The translations under genes and the position numbers were made by a program. A stretch of 64,000 bases of DNA, from positions 118,730,001-118,794,000 of the forward strand of contig NC_042999.1 of the NCBI RefSeq assembly GCF_006345805.1. Direction: 5' to 3'. Under the pieces are notes generated by a model that made no database searches, had not been told where the DNA came from, and worked only from the letters and a program-made list of their open reading frames with translations. Numbering within the stretch: the first letter of the stretch is position 1; each line of letters begins with the position of its first letter. The DNA comes from Octopus sinensis (taxonomy: Eukaryota). This document shows positions 11,240-23,190 of this stretch, in pieces.

Positions 11240-11880
11240 GCTCACCCAAAAGGAAGTATGTTCTATCATACCTGCACACTCCACCACGATTGCATCCACA
11301 GGTCCCTTGCCTTGACCTTCTGCAAATGACCTTCCACCAATGCCCTTGAGCCTGGCAAAAAGAGTTTGACCAATGCACACACCAAGGCACCTATGTACAC
11401 ACATACCCCTATAAATCTCCTACCACCCCCTATACATACCCCTTCACACAAATTATACCCCCACATATACACAGACCTCCTCATACACATTACACACTGC
11501 ATACTAACATAACCCCTGCCCCACTGGCTTTATCCCTTACAGAAAGAAAACAGACCAATGAACACAGCTATATATATACCTACACCTCTGGAAAAAATTA
11601 TTCATACGACACTGCTATGCATAGCACACACCCCATCCCCACAGGAGCGCCATATTAATGATATGCACTTTCCATACTTCAAGATAACTCTTGCCAACTT
11701 CACAACATACCCAACCAAGGGACATAACACCTAAAATAATCCCCTGGTCCCTTTCAGTTCCAACACCTTTTTCTAAGTTGTGCTAATCCACCTCCAACAA
11801 TACAGAGCAGTCACTATATTCCCTTCCATATTGGCTAACACTGATGAGTGTAAAGTTATATAATCGGTTTGTTACCTAAC
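11240..11880 (+). mobile_element. Old C-rich repeat, possibly Penelope-like, ending in a hammerhead relic
   Basis: Composition differs from the flanks. The relic fold at its 3' end is the main evidence. No convincing protein motif. Confidence 0.35.
11836..11874 (+). ncRNA. Decayed hammerhead relic (GAAA box broken)
   Basis: TAACA CTGATGA GTGTAA AG TTATAT AA TCGGT T TGTTA. Stem I TAACA/TGTTA and a canonical CUGAUGA remain. Confidence 0.35.
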
Positions 11881-11899
11881 ACTCCATTGTATTCTTTAC

Positions 11900-12422
11900 G
11901 CGAAACTGATTGGTAAGACCAGCTGTGATTTTATATTTTTAATTTTGTGTATGCACATTGTTTTTTATTTTGTCAACAGTTTAGTAGGGTCAACTGGGCA
12001 CTGTATGTGAGAAAAACAGAATCATGGCACAATTCACTCTGCCAGAAATTTGGAAATGACATGTACTACTTGGCATTCATGCTGGAAGTTCAAATATGAA
12101 AATTACAGTGGTTAGGTGTCAATCTGAAGATAATGCAGAGAATTTGGAAAGAGTTGGATGAGTCAAATAGTGATTATGAAGGGGCATGGGAGTGTCTGGG
12201 TTTCTTATCAGGCAGGTAGTGCATGAAAACATTTGGTATTCCCACACAAGATGAGAAGGGGCCAATTTTTATGCCAGACCATCAACGACATGAGAGACAA
12301 ACTATGCTACGAAGCTTTTTCAAGATATTTTTATGCAATTTTGGTAAATATATCTGTTAAAACGAGATGCTTGTGTTATTTTCATTTCTGCATAATTTAG
12401 ATGACGACTGTTTCACTGCACC

Positions 12423-12427
<5 letters not shown>
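11900..12427 (+). mobile_element. Internally deleted maT (DD37D) family Tc1/mariner element
   Basis: Both ends match the reverse complement of 24743-25612. Ends cactgcaccctg|TA. Confidence 0.7.
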
Positions 12428-12494
<67 letters not shown>

Positions 12495-12599
12495 TGTATG
12501 TGTATATATACATATAAATACATATGTATTTATATGTTAATGCAAATTAACAAAACTTTATGGCAACTCTTCGCACTGAGCTTTTGAGGGATAACTAAT

Positions 12600-13297
12600 C
12601 ACTTTAAAACATGAACTCAGGACAATGAGCAAGAAACTCTGCTATAGCATGCAAATTTTTGAATGAGCCAGTATCAACTGCAAGTTTGCTTCCAACCCAC
12701 ATACATTATACAGAGTGATGAGGAAGGAAAACATTATCATTAAGAAAGCTCCCTCCCAAGAAGATCTACAATCATTCTGGTCAAAAATTTGGAACAAATA
12801 GAGAGATTTTAACCTGAATGCATCATGGTTAAATACAACCGAGAGAGAATACTGTACCAACACAAACAGTAAAACATACAAAATTGATAAAGAAACCCTC
12901 ACTATAGCAGTAGATAAACTGCAGAATGGGAAGGCACCTGGAAAGGACCTAATAGTTGGATATTGGTACAAGAAGCTGACATTTTATAGAAACCAATTGA
13001 TATGTATGTTCAAAAGGACTGTGGAATGTCAGACTGATAGACTAAATTAGCTTGCTACAGTAAGGACAAATCTTGTTGCCAAAAATGAAATCATGAAGAT
13101 GGCAAGAGACTGCAGCCTCATTGCTTACCTCAACATCACGTACAAATTGTATACATGTTGCCTCAACCAATTCCTTTAGGACCATTGTGAGTTGAACAAC
13201 ATTGTGACTGATGAAATAAGGGAGTGTGAGGATGTGCCGAACAACTTTTAATAAACAAAGCTGTACTGTCTAAAGTAAGAAAACAATGTAGAAACAT
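12600..13297 (+). pseudogene. R4/Dong-type non-LTR retrotransposon RT fragment
   Basis: FWSKIWN...LQNGKAPGKDLIVGYWYKKL...LNITYKLYTCCL...EQLLINKAVLSKVRKQCRN with stops. Confidence 0.7.
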
Positions 13298-13719
13298 GCA
13301 CACACATGTATGTGCATGCCTGTGTGTGCAAGTGTGTGCGTTTATGTGGTTGTGTGTATATGCCAATGTATGTGTAATTGTGTGTGTGTATGAGCGTGTG
13401 TCATGTGTGTGGGAGGTATATGTGAGTTCATATGCATGTATGTGTGTGTGTATACATGTGTGCGTGTGTGTGCTTGCATGTACGTGTATGTATATGCCCA
13501 TGTACATGTAATTGTGCATGTGTATGTATGAGTGTGTTGTGTGTGTGGGAGGTATGTGTGCGTACATGTGCATGTGTGTGTATGTGCGTGCGTGTATGTG
13601 TGTGTATGTGTGTGTGTGTGTGGGTGTGTATAAATGAAAAGTGGTTAGGAATCTATACAAACCAAAAATTATAGTTGCAAAATGTAAATAAAATTGGAAA
13701 AGGCACAGAACTATATTTT

Positions 13720-14011
13720 AGAGAGTGTTTGATAAAATATTACTGGTTTTGATGTATCCATCTTACCAAATATTAGAAATATTAGAAGGATTTTTTTTTT
13801 TTTTTGGTGGGTGAGGAGGAATCAGAGAGAGAAAAACAGTTTTTTACCCCAATTTGAGTTCTTAAATTAAGAACACAAATTTGGGTACAAACTGTTAAAC
13901 CCCACAAAAGAGGTTTCTTCTCTCGGACTCCTTCAAAAATTCTTTCGAATATTGCTAATATTTGATAAGATAGATACATCAAAACTGGTGATATTTTATT
14001 AAACACTCTCT
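13720..14011. mobile_element. 292-bp palindromic MITE, Kolobok-like ends
   Basis: The whole element is an imperfect inverted repeat (agagagtgtttgataaaatatt... / ...atattttattaaacactctct). Right flank TTAA, left flank TTTT. Confidence 0.65.
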
Positions 14012-14129
14012 TTAATGTACTTTTCCAACTTTATTTACTTTTTTAACTATATATCTATAAATAAATATACATACATACATATGTATGTATGCATGTATTC
14101 AATATGTGTATTATGTGTAATAATATGTC

Positions 14130-14337
14130 ATTCAATATGTGACCGTATGTGTATCGTTGAGGATTTTTTCTCCATCTTCCCTACCTTGGACCTTTCCTTT
14201 TTCTATGTTTCTGACGAAGAGCTCCACTTGAAACGTTAAGTCCTCCTCCTTCTTTCTTTCCTTTCCTGGGCGTCCAATAACACTATACTTGTTCCACATC
14301 TTTGTGTTGTTTTTTCTTTGTTCATGTTTGGATTAAC
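14130..14337 (+). mobile_element. Short hammerhead-bearing element, family H5, abutting (TACG)n(TACA)n
   Basis: Same layout as H1: pyrimidine-rich leader, hammerhead, T-rich tail, then microsatellite. Confidence 0.55.
14207..14241 (+). ncRNA. Minimal hammerhead fold H5, canonical core CUGACGA
   Basis: GTTT CTGACGA A GAG CTCCA CTT GAAA CGT T AAGT. The stems are short and include G-U pairs. Confidence 0.55.
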
Positions 14338-14465
14338 TATACGTACGTACGTACGTACATACATACATACATACATACATACATACATACATACATACAT
14401 ACATACATACATACATACATACATACATACGTTCATTCATTCATTCATTCATTCATTCATTCATT
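14338..14465. repeat. (TACG)n-(TACA)n-(TTCA)n compound microsatellite
   Basis: Directly visible. Confidence 0.95.
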
Positions 14466-14971
14466 TCAAACTGGAGCTATGAAAACTATTTTAAATTTGA
14501 ACAGTTTGAAAAATTTGTAAATTTTCTTTTAAAGTTTTTTGTCATAAGTTTTTCAGGGTCAGCTATTTCATTCTTTTTATATAAGGTTTCAGCAAAAGGA
14601 AAAAATAAACTGATTTTGATATAAATTTCTTGACTGTGTGTAATGCATGACTTCTGTAATTCCTAATATTTACTTCAATTAAACTATATGTGTATTGATG
14701 TTTTTTGTGTCCACGTAATTTCTTCCTTATGTGCACATGCATGCACAACAAATTTATTTGCACTCCTTTGTGCTCATGTATGTGAATGCATACGAGTGCG
14801 TAAATCTCAATCAAATGTCTGATCTTTCCATTAAAATGTTTTTACAGACTCGATCAAACGTATTAATTATATTTCCACTCAAAATAGGTAGACATTAAAA
14901 ACCAGAGCCACAAATATTCAAACATTAAGCAACTCCATATTCTTGAAAATATATATATATATATATATATG

Positions 14972-15005
<34 letters not shown>

Positions 15006-16646
15006 TTCATACATACATACATTCATACATGCATATTGATGTATAGACAGATATGCATATATGCGTCTATAGACAGAGAATGTGAAAAAGAGAGAGAGAG
15101 AGAAAAAGAGAGAGAGAGAGAGGAATTCTAAGAGTTTCTCCCTTGGCATAATTTAAGATTAAATTACAAGAAATAAGATGAAAGAAAAATAAATATATTA
15201 AAATGTAATTTAAATTAAATAACCATGTATCAAAAGAAATGGAAAACATTTCATTTTTTCAAAGTTACTTGTACACCAATATTTATGAATACATATATGT
15301 ATATAGCACCTGTGGTACAAAGACCTTAGTATATGTCTGCATTATGGACCATATTACAATACAAAGCCTTCTTCTTGAAGTACAGCTCCTGTTTTAATCA
15401 AACGTCTACAAATATTAACTTACAGTTGAGATGCTGACTCTGCAATTAAAATATTCTCTGCTATTCTATAATTAATGATTATATGCCACCAACCTCAAAG
15501 CTCATTCATTACACCAACCTCTTCATTCTCTGTGCTTCTCCACATTCTGAATTAAGCATTTTCTTTTGCCTTTCCCTCTATTAATCAATTCTTCAGGGTC
15601 ATCACTGTAGAGTGATGATATACTCCTGGAAAGTTGTTTGTGATGCAGTATTGGTTCCCAGTTGAACTAATTTGCAATTAACTTGCTAATTATTATTTTC
15701 TGAAGCATCAGTCTTTGGCAGTATGACAAGGCTCAAATTTTTTTCAGCCCATTCTTAGTTTTCCAATCAATTTCTAACATACAAGGGAGCCTAAACGAAC
15801 CATAAACCCCAATAATTCAGTTATTCCAGTGCCATCTAGATGTGAAAGGCCTTGGAAAGAAAATGAAACCCTTTTCATATTCAGACTAACGAATAAAACA
15901 AGTGTAAACATGAAAAAAGAAAGAAAAACTACATAGAAATATTGCTATTTTCTGCTACTGACAGGAAAAGTAATTCCTACTACTGAGTAAGAAAATCCAT
16001 AAATGAAGTTGTCCAATCTAATGTAGGAATTTCCTATAAAATTAACTCATGCTATAAAAATTGGCAGTCTCTGCTATCCAAAATTCTAGCTGCTGACCAA
16101 TAGCTTGTAGTGTGCTGAGAAATAAATTACATTTGTCACTTTTTTTTTTGTCATAATTATTTTGTGTCATATAGTCTTGATGACAGGAATCAGTTAGCTG
16201 TGATGGTTCAGCAGCATATTAGCAATATATTTCTACATTAACTTGAATCCTGGAAAAGGAAGTCAAGAACCAGATTAACCATATTCAATAAGTTTAGCTT
16301 CTAGTATACCAGAGTTTTAAAAAAGCTTCGTAAACTTCTTTGCCAGCTGAGACGAAATAATTAGAAGTTTGCACTCTCATTACCAAGCTGGCTTACAAAT
16401 ACAAAGTTGAAAGGATGAACTCTAACAGGCTACATCAATTATCAACACCAGTGCAGATTTAAACTTTGTGAGATCCTAAACTATATAAAGCTTAGATCTC
16501 TTGTTAAACCAGAGAGTCACACAAAAATTGAAAATTGCAGGCTTTTGATTATTTTGAGGCCCCTGTAGATTTTGAAACATTACAATGCAGCTTGTCCTGC
16601 AGTGGCCAAAATCACTTTTTGCCCATAAGGACATATCATTATTATT

Positions 16647-17196
16647 GAGTGAGAGAGAAGTGCATGCCGTCAAAGTGACACTGGCATAAAATATATGAAG
16701 CCCAGTATACCTATCATGACTACCCATCTGATAAGGGTACACTAGGCACAGGCATCACAACCATATGTGCGTGACATGGTGATCTCATATCAAGATAAAC
16801 AGCACATGACCTTGCAGGTGGGGGCCCAGTTAGAATTTTCTTCTGGTCAAGTAACCCATCCTGCTCAAAAAGTCCCTGAATAAGGGTTGTTTAAGGATGT
16901 TGAACGAAACACCCACGTTTCCAGAGGTGATTTATTCAAACCACAAAGAATCTCTCTCAACACATGGCTATGATGTTCCCCCACTACTTCTGCACGTGAT
17001 CAGAGATGCACATATCATCAGCCACTAAGGGACATGCTCAATTGGTTAAGGTCAAACAACTGACAAGCAAATCTGTGGTATTGAGCAGAATATTTGCTGT
17101 AGCCCATCTTTTATACCAAGACAAAACAATGTACATGATAACAGTTCCAATTAGTTCAGATCATGAGAGCCACTGTCTGGTACTGCATCAGGGCAT
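16647..17196. mobile_element. 550-bp unclassified element embedded in (TTA)n
   Basis: Flanked by (ATT)3 on the left and a (TTA)n tract at 17197-17248. Complex non-coding sequence that resembles a recalled Octopus repeat. Confidence 0.45.
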
Positions 17197-17214
17197 TTAT
17201 TATTATTATTATTA

Positions 17215-17248
<34 letters not shown>

Positions 17249-17249
17249 G

Positions 17250-18045
17250 AGAAGGCAGTGATCTGGCAGAATCATCAACATGCCAGGCAAATTGCTTAGT
17301 ATCATTTCATCTGTCTTTACATTCTGAGTTCAAATCCTGCCAAGGTCAACTGTGCCTTTCATCTTTTTGGGGTCATTGATATAAGTACCATTTGAGCAGT
17401 GGGGTAAATGTAATTGACTAGCTGCCTCCCCTAAAATTTCAGGCTTTGTGCCTATAGTAGAAAGGATTGTTATTATTAAGGAAGAAGCTGGCAAAATGTT
17501 AGTAAGTTGGACAACATGTTTGATAGTGTTTCTCCTGGCTCTTTTATCTTTTGCCTAAAACTTTGCCTTTTATCTTCTTGGGGTTGATAAAATAAGAATC
17601 AGGGCCTTGTGCCTTTACTAGGAAGAATTAGGCAATAGATTAGCAGAATCAATAGAGTAACAAAAAAATGCTTTGCAGGTTTAGTAATACATTTTTCAGT
17701 TCCATGTCCAAATCTCACCAGTAGCAGATTCATCATTCATCTCCCCAGACAGTTTAGATTAGCACTATTCAAGTACTGAGCCTAATTTAATCAAATGTAC
17801 TGAACACATCTGTGACCAGAATTAGAAATCATTTTCATTATTATTGTTTTTTTTTAGGCAGCAAGCTAGCATGATCATTAGTATGCTTAATGACATTTCG
17901 TCCACCTTAATGTTCTGAGTTCAAATTCCAACTTCACCACTCATCCTTTTGGGATCGATAAAATAAAGGGCCATTTTTGTACTGGGGTTGAATGTATTGA
18001 CTAGCCTCCTCCCAAAGTTTTATGCTTCGTGCCTATGGTAGAAAT
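17250..18045 (+). mobile_element. Cluster of three SINE family B copies (about 17250-17470, 17495-17620, 17855-18045)
   Basis: Repeated ttctgagttcaaat...cctttcatc.tttggggtc.ataaa..aagtacc segment. Confidence 0.7.
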
Positions 18046-18341
18046 GATTATTATCCTTATTATTGTTTCTCCTCTCCAAGCCTGTATTTGTAAAAAAAAA
18101 AAATTTCTGTTAGAACAGGAAAACAAGGCAAATGAAAAAGTGTCAGCCATCTCAAACAACTTAAAATAAAATATATAATACAAACAATCATTACCTTAAA
18201 TCAAAGTCATTGTAATTACATTATTGTATTGTTAATTACCAACATAAAACATTAAAGTATCACAAACATTCTTTAAATTATTTTTTGTGGCTCTTTACAT
18301 TCTGAGTTCTGTTCCTGCCAAGGTTAACTTTGCATTTCATT

Positions 18342-19261
18342 CTTTTGGGGTTGATAAAGTAAATTGCCAGTTTAGTACTGAGGTCAATGTTGCTGACCTT
18401 GTGCCTAAATCAAAAGTTCTTATTAATTACCAACTCAATAGCTATTTTGTCAATATGATGCTTATATTTTATTAAACAAATTGGTTGTCAAATAACTCCA
18501 TATTAGAAAAAAATCAATCTCATAATTTGGAAACATTAAGTTATTAGTGTTCTTTAAAAATCATTCTTCTGCATGAGTCATCTCCAGAAGATACATTTTT
18601 AAGTACAAACTGTGGCAGCTGTTTGATGAGAATTATTCCCAAAGTAATCACCAGTTTCTTCCCAATATTGGTTCTGACATTAAGCCGGCAAGCTGGCAGA
18701 AACATTAGCATGCTGGGTGAAATGCTTAGTGGTATTTCGTCTGTCTCTATGTTCTGAGTTCAAATTCTGCTGAGGTCGACTTTGCCTTTCATCCTTTTGG
18801 GGTTGATAAAGTAAATTGCAGTTTAGTACTGAGGTCAATGTTGCTGACCTTGTGCCTAAATCAAAAGTTCTTATTAATTACCAACTCAATAGCTATTTTG
18901 TCAATATGATGCTTATATTTTATTAAACAAATTGGTTGTCAAATAACTCCATATTAGAAAAAAATCAATCTCATAATTTGGAAACATTAAGTTATTAGTG
19001 TTCTTTAAAAATCATTCTTCTGCATGAGTCATCTCCAGAAGATACATTTTTAAGTACAAACTGTGGCAGCTGTTTGATGAGAATTATTCCCAAAGTAATC
19101 ACCAGTTTCTTCCCAATATTGGTTCTGACATTAAGCCGGCAAGCTGGCAGAAACATTAGCATGCTGGGTGAAATGCTTAGTGGTATTTCGTCTGTCTCTA
19201 TGTTCTGAGTTCAAATTCTGCTGAGGTCGACTTTGCCTTTCATCCTTTTGGGGTTGATAAA
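18342..19261 (+). repeat. Near-perfect 452/451-bp tandem duplication bounded by SINE-B homology
   Basis: cttttggggttgataaa occurs at 18342, 18794 and 19245. The two units differ only by a 1-bp indel by eye. Confidence 0.9.
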
Positions 19262-19510
19262 TAAAGTACCAGTTTCATACTGGGGTCGATGTAATCGACT
19301 TAATCCCTTTGTCTGTCCTTATTTGTCCCCTCTATGTTTAGCCCCTTGTGGGCAATAAAGAAATATATGTTCTGAGTTCAAATTCCGCCAAGGTTGACTT
19401 GGCTTTTCATCCTTTTGGGATCGATAAATTAAGTACCAGTTGCATACTGAGGTCAATCTAATCGACTGGCCCCGTCCCCCCAAATTTTGGGCCTTATGCC
19501 TAGAGTAGAA
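19137..19510 (+). mobile_element. Two SINE family B copies (19137-19345 full length, 19366-19510 5'-truncated)
   Basis: Head ggcaagctggcagaaacattagc, B-box-like gttcaaattc, central segment and 3' tail. Confidence 0.75.
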
Positions 19511-19587
19511 AAGAAAAGAATACTGGTTCTGACATAAATTTGTAACAAGAATGCATCGAAAAATTTATAATCTAAATTCTACATTAG

Positions 19588-19800
19588 CTCTTTTGATACC
19601 AACCCACCTGATTCTAACCCTGGTTTTACGATGGAAACCTTTTGTTTTAAATTGATCTAAATGAAAACACTCCATACAAAATTTCATGTTAAAAACACCA
19701 ACTTAATAATATCAAAGTTGTTTTGGTAAATTCTTCATTATTTTAAAAATTAGTTGAAACAAAGTCAGTGTTTTTCAAAAGAAATCTTAATACAATGGGG
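19588..19800 (-). mobile_element. piggyBac-like TTAA MITE (same family as 62530, opposite orientation)
   Basis: Flanks TTAG and TTAA. Left end ctcttttgataccaac resembles the RC of the 62740 end. Confidence 0.55.
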
Positions 19801-19830
19801 TTAATAGAGCAGTGAAGGAACTTTTATTTT

Positions 19831-20162
19831 TGTTGTATAGTGAAACTGTACACTCCACCTGGTAAAGAGTGGTAGTAGCCAGCCATTATAAATAGACCAG
19901 TAGCAGGTCAACAGGGAGAAGGCCATGTATACATGTAAACTGTTTTGATATTCATGTCTGTGCTGACATAATAATTATACTGTGAGACTGAGTGGACATT
20001 ATATTGATCCAGCCTTTGGAGGATAATAACACTGTATGACTGAGGGTTGTACAGTACCAGATAGAACCATTCTATTGATGACTTTGGAATATAACAATAT
20101 CTGTCAGAGTGATAACTGTCATCAAATGATATACAAAAGTGGTAAAAGACCATTTTACAACA
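19831..20162 (+). repeat. 5' LTR (332 bp, TGTTGT...ACAACA)
   Basis: Aligns to 23191-23531 at roughly 85-90% identity by eye. Confidence 0.9.
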
Positions 20163-20299
20163 GTGGCAATGAGGAAAAACAAATTAATGAGGAGTGAGAA
20201 AAAACATTCACACGGAGAGGTTAAACTAATTCATGAGGAAAATTATAACCTTGACAAAGTGAACATAAATCTTGTGCAAACTTATGTAGATTGGAAAAT

Positions 20300-21500
20300 A
20301 TGGAAGACTTGTTAGCTGGGATAGCCGAGTTGCAAAAACAGCAACAACTCAAAGAACAACGAGAACAACAACAAGGATTGCAGCAGAAAATATTAGACTT
20401 AACGAAGTTGATAACCTGACCATGTAGCAAATTCCATAAGCGAATTCAAATATGACACCGAAGAAGGAGTAACCTCGACACTTACTTTTGAAGAATTCTT
20501 GAAAAGGAATGTCAGTATTGGATGGACGATATGAAAAAGCATCTAGTTTTAAGAAAACTAGTGATAGCAGTGCATGTGAAGTATAGTAACTTCATATTGC
20601 CAAAAAAAAGCATCCAACATAAATTTCACAAACACAGTTGACATTGTGTGCAAAACATTTAGTGAAAAGAGCTCACTGTTTAATACTAAATGGAAATGTT
20701 TAAAAACAGAAAAGAGTGAAGATGAAGACTTCAGTACTTACACAGGCAGAGTCAACAAAGAATGTGAGAGATTTAGGCTAGATATGCTTACTCCAGATTC
20801 TTTCAAGTGTTTCATTTTTGCAAAAGGATTGACAGATAGAAGGGATGCAGAAATCTGAATGGATATTCTATCAAAACTGGAAATGAACCAGAATTTGACA
20901 TTGCAGAAACTGTCAGAAGAATGTAACAGGATATTAAAATTAAGGTGTGACATGGAAGAAATTCAACAAAAAGAGTGTTTCCACATAAATAAATGTTCCT
21001 TTTCGAGCCATGCCAGATTCATAAGGGCCGGTTTCCCAGTCTCAGTGGTGTGGAAATTCCCCACCTGGATGGGACACCGGTCCGTCACAGGATTACTCAT
21101 TTTTGCCAGCTGAGTGGACTGGAGCAACATGAAACGAAGTTTCTACATAAGGCCAGCACAAAAAAGTCAGAAGAGAAATCAAGTGTTGCAGGTAAAACAG
21201 AAAAATATCAGGATGTAGACCCATGTATGGCATGTAGTGGGACGCACCTGGAAAAAAATTGTCCATATAAAAAAAAAAGGGGTTTTGCTGTAAGTTTACA
21301 GGACATAAAATCGCACTGCAAAACTAGAATGATGGGAAAATGGAACAAACAAGGAAAAATAAATAATTTGTCAGCAGGAAAAGTTGTGACTACAACAAAA
21401 AGAAAATTTGTGAATGTGAGAATTGAAAACACTAGTGTCAGAAGGCAAGCAGACATGGAAAGTGATATCACAATCATAAATAAGAAAACATGGAAACAAA
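20300..21500 (+). pseudogene. Degenerate gag plus aspartic protease
   Basis: FSEKSSLFNTKWKCL...VNKECERF...FKCFIFAKGL, Zn-knuckle relic CMACSGTHLEKNC, protease relic VRRQADMESDITIINKKTWK. Confidence 0.8.
20993..21146 (-). mobile_element. 5'-truncated SINE fragment inserted in gag
   Basis: Flanked by ATAA/ATAA. Removing it restores the gag frame H-I-N-K-A-S-T-K-K. Confidence 0.65.
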
Positions 21501-22990
21501 AGCGTTGATGTGAAGTTTTGTATACTAGCCAAGCTTGGACAAGGAAGTTAGTTGAAAACCTGGTAAAAGGCTGCAGAAGGTGTATGCTGGAAGTGAAACT
21601 ACCTACTATAAAATGTGAACCTTGGCCGGAAGTGAAAATACTATGGTCCTGATTGCATATCAATTTTGCAGGTCTGGTAAATAGATATTATCACCTAATA
21701 GTAGTGGACAGCTACACAAAATGGTTTGAGGTTACGAGGTGTAAACACCCAACCTCATATACGGTAATAAACTTTTTACACAAGCTGTTCACAAGATTTG
21801 GTGTACCAGATATAATTGTCTCTGATAACAGAAGACAGTTTGTATCCTGTGAGTTTAAAAGATTCTGCGAGATGTTATATAAAACTATAGCAATGTATCA
21901 CCCTAGATTGAATGGAAGTGCTGAACGGTTCATGGACACTTTTAAAAAAGCTTTAAAGAAAGCTAATAAGAAAGCCACGGATGAGGTCATGATACAACAA
22001 TTCTTAAGGATATACAGGGTAACTCTTGTGGCAGGCTGGATAAAATATGTGATATCAGGTCGATATGATGTAGCCCACTACCAAATGTAGGAGTAATATT
22101 TAAAGGTTCTCACGTCGGAGTAACTAGTGAACATCGAAGAATCAACACCAAGAAGGAAGAAATATTATTTACATACATTTATTCATATGCCTGACAGGTA
22201 ATTAAAGAGATACAGCAGCAATTCTAGTGATAGTGCCAACAAGGTTGGCTCGCTGGATAGTAGTTGATAGTGTAAAACAAGGTTGTCTGTCAGTAGAGAG
22301 TGAAAGAGTAAGGAATGCACGGTGCTGACTAGAAAGGATAAAAATGACATTATCTTTCTTGTGGCCAAGCTAAAGGTGAAGGGAAGTGTTGCTCTTGGTC
22401 ATGGATGACACAGAAGAGCAAGTTTCTCCTTGGTCTGCTGACACAAAAAAGAGGAAGAGATAGGAAGTGTTCTCTGTTATAAAGACTATGGTCAGTAATG
22501 TAGGCCAAACTCTGAACATAGGACTGACCTTTCCTTGACCAGCACAGGTCCTAGGGCATCAAGTGTTTCCTCATTAATCATCTAGTGTGGAGAGGATTTC
22601 CCACTCACTTTAACAAGCAACAAGTGGGTGGATTTGGTTCCAAATATCAGGCAAGGTCAAGCTAGATCCTTACACTCCAAACCCCAAATGCATCAGAAGG
22701 AAGTTCACCAGCAGAATCAATGGTTGCCAGAAAGGTGAAGTCAGTATTCGATAAACCACTACCAGGGAAGAAAAAATATGTGGTAACAAAGACATGCCAA
22801 AATTCTTTAGAATAGGTGATAAGGTATATGTAAGAATGAACAAAAATGACAAGCAATACTGGGAAGAAGGAGAAATTGTAACATACATAGGAAGAATGAT
22901 ACATGGCCTAAGAAGCAGAAATGGAATGGAAAGAAGATATAGAAATCAGCTTAAGGAAAGAGTCATAGAAAAGAACCAACAAGAGTAGAA
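21500..22990 (+). pseudogene. Degenerate Gypsy integrase interrupted by an insertion
   Basis: KALM*SFVY*PSLDKE...CRRC...HINFAG...VVDSYTKW...FGVPDIIVSDN...HPRLNGSAERF...YRVT, resuming after the insert as PNPNASEGSSPAE. Confidence 0.85.
22027..22674. mobile_element. Candidate solo LTR (648 bp, TGT...ACA) inserted in the integrase
   Basis: Flanks CTCT and CTCC. Excision rejoins YRVT-PNPN in frame. Confidence 0.65.
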
Positions 22991-23190
22991 ATACCAATGG
23001 ATTGGCTATGTGACACTTCAGATTCCAACACCATTACAAGAAGTTGAAACCATATATACAAGGGAAAGGAAGAACACTGGATTCCTAAAAGACCCTAAGA
23101 AGAAAAGATATTGAAAATATATATATATAAAAAAAAGGAGGTGGGGAGAATAAAAGAAATTGATTGTTAATAAAAAATGAAAAGGGGAGT

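Noticed and set aside
20993-21508. 171-aa ORF as a novel gene
   Set aside because: It is a chimera of an antisense SINE fragment and decayed gag/protease.
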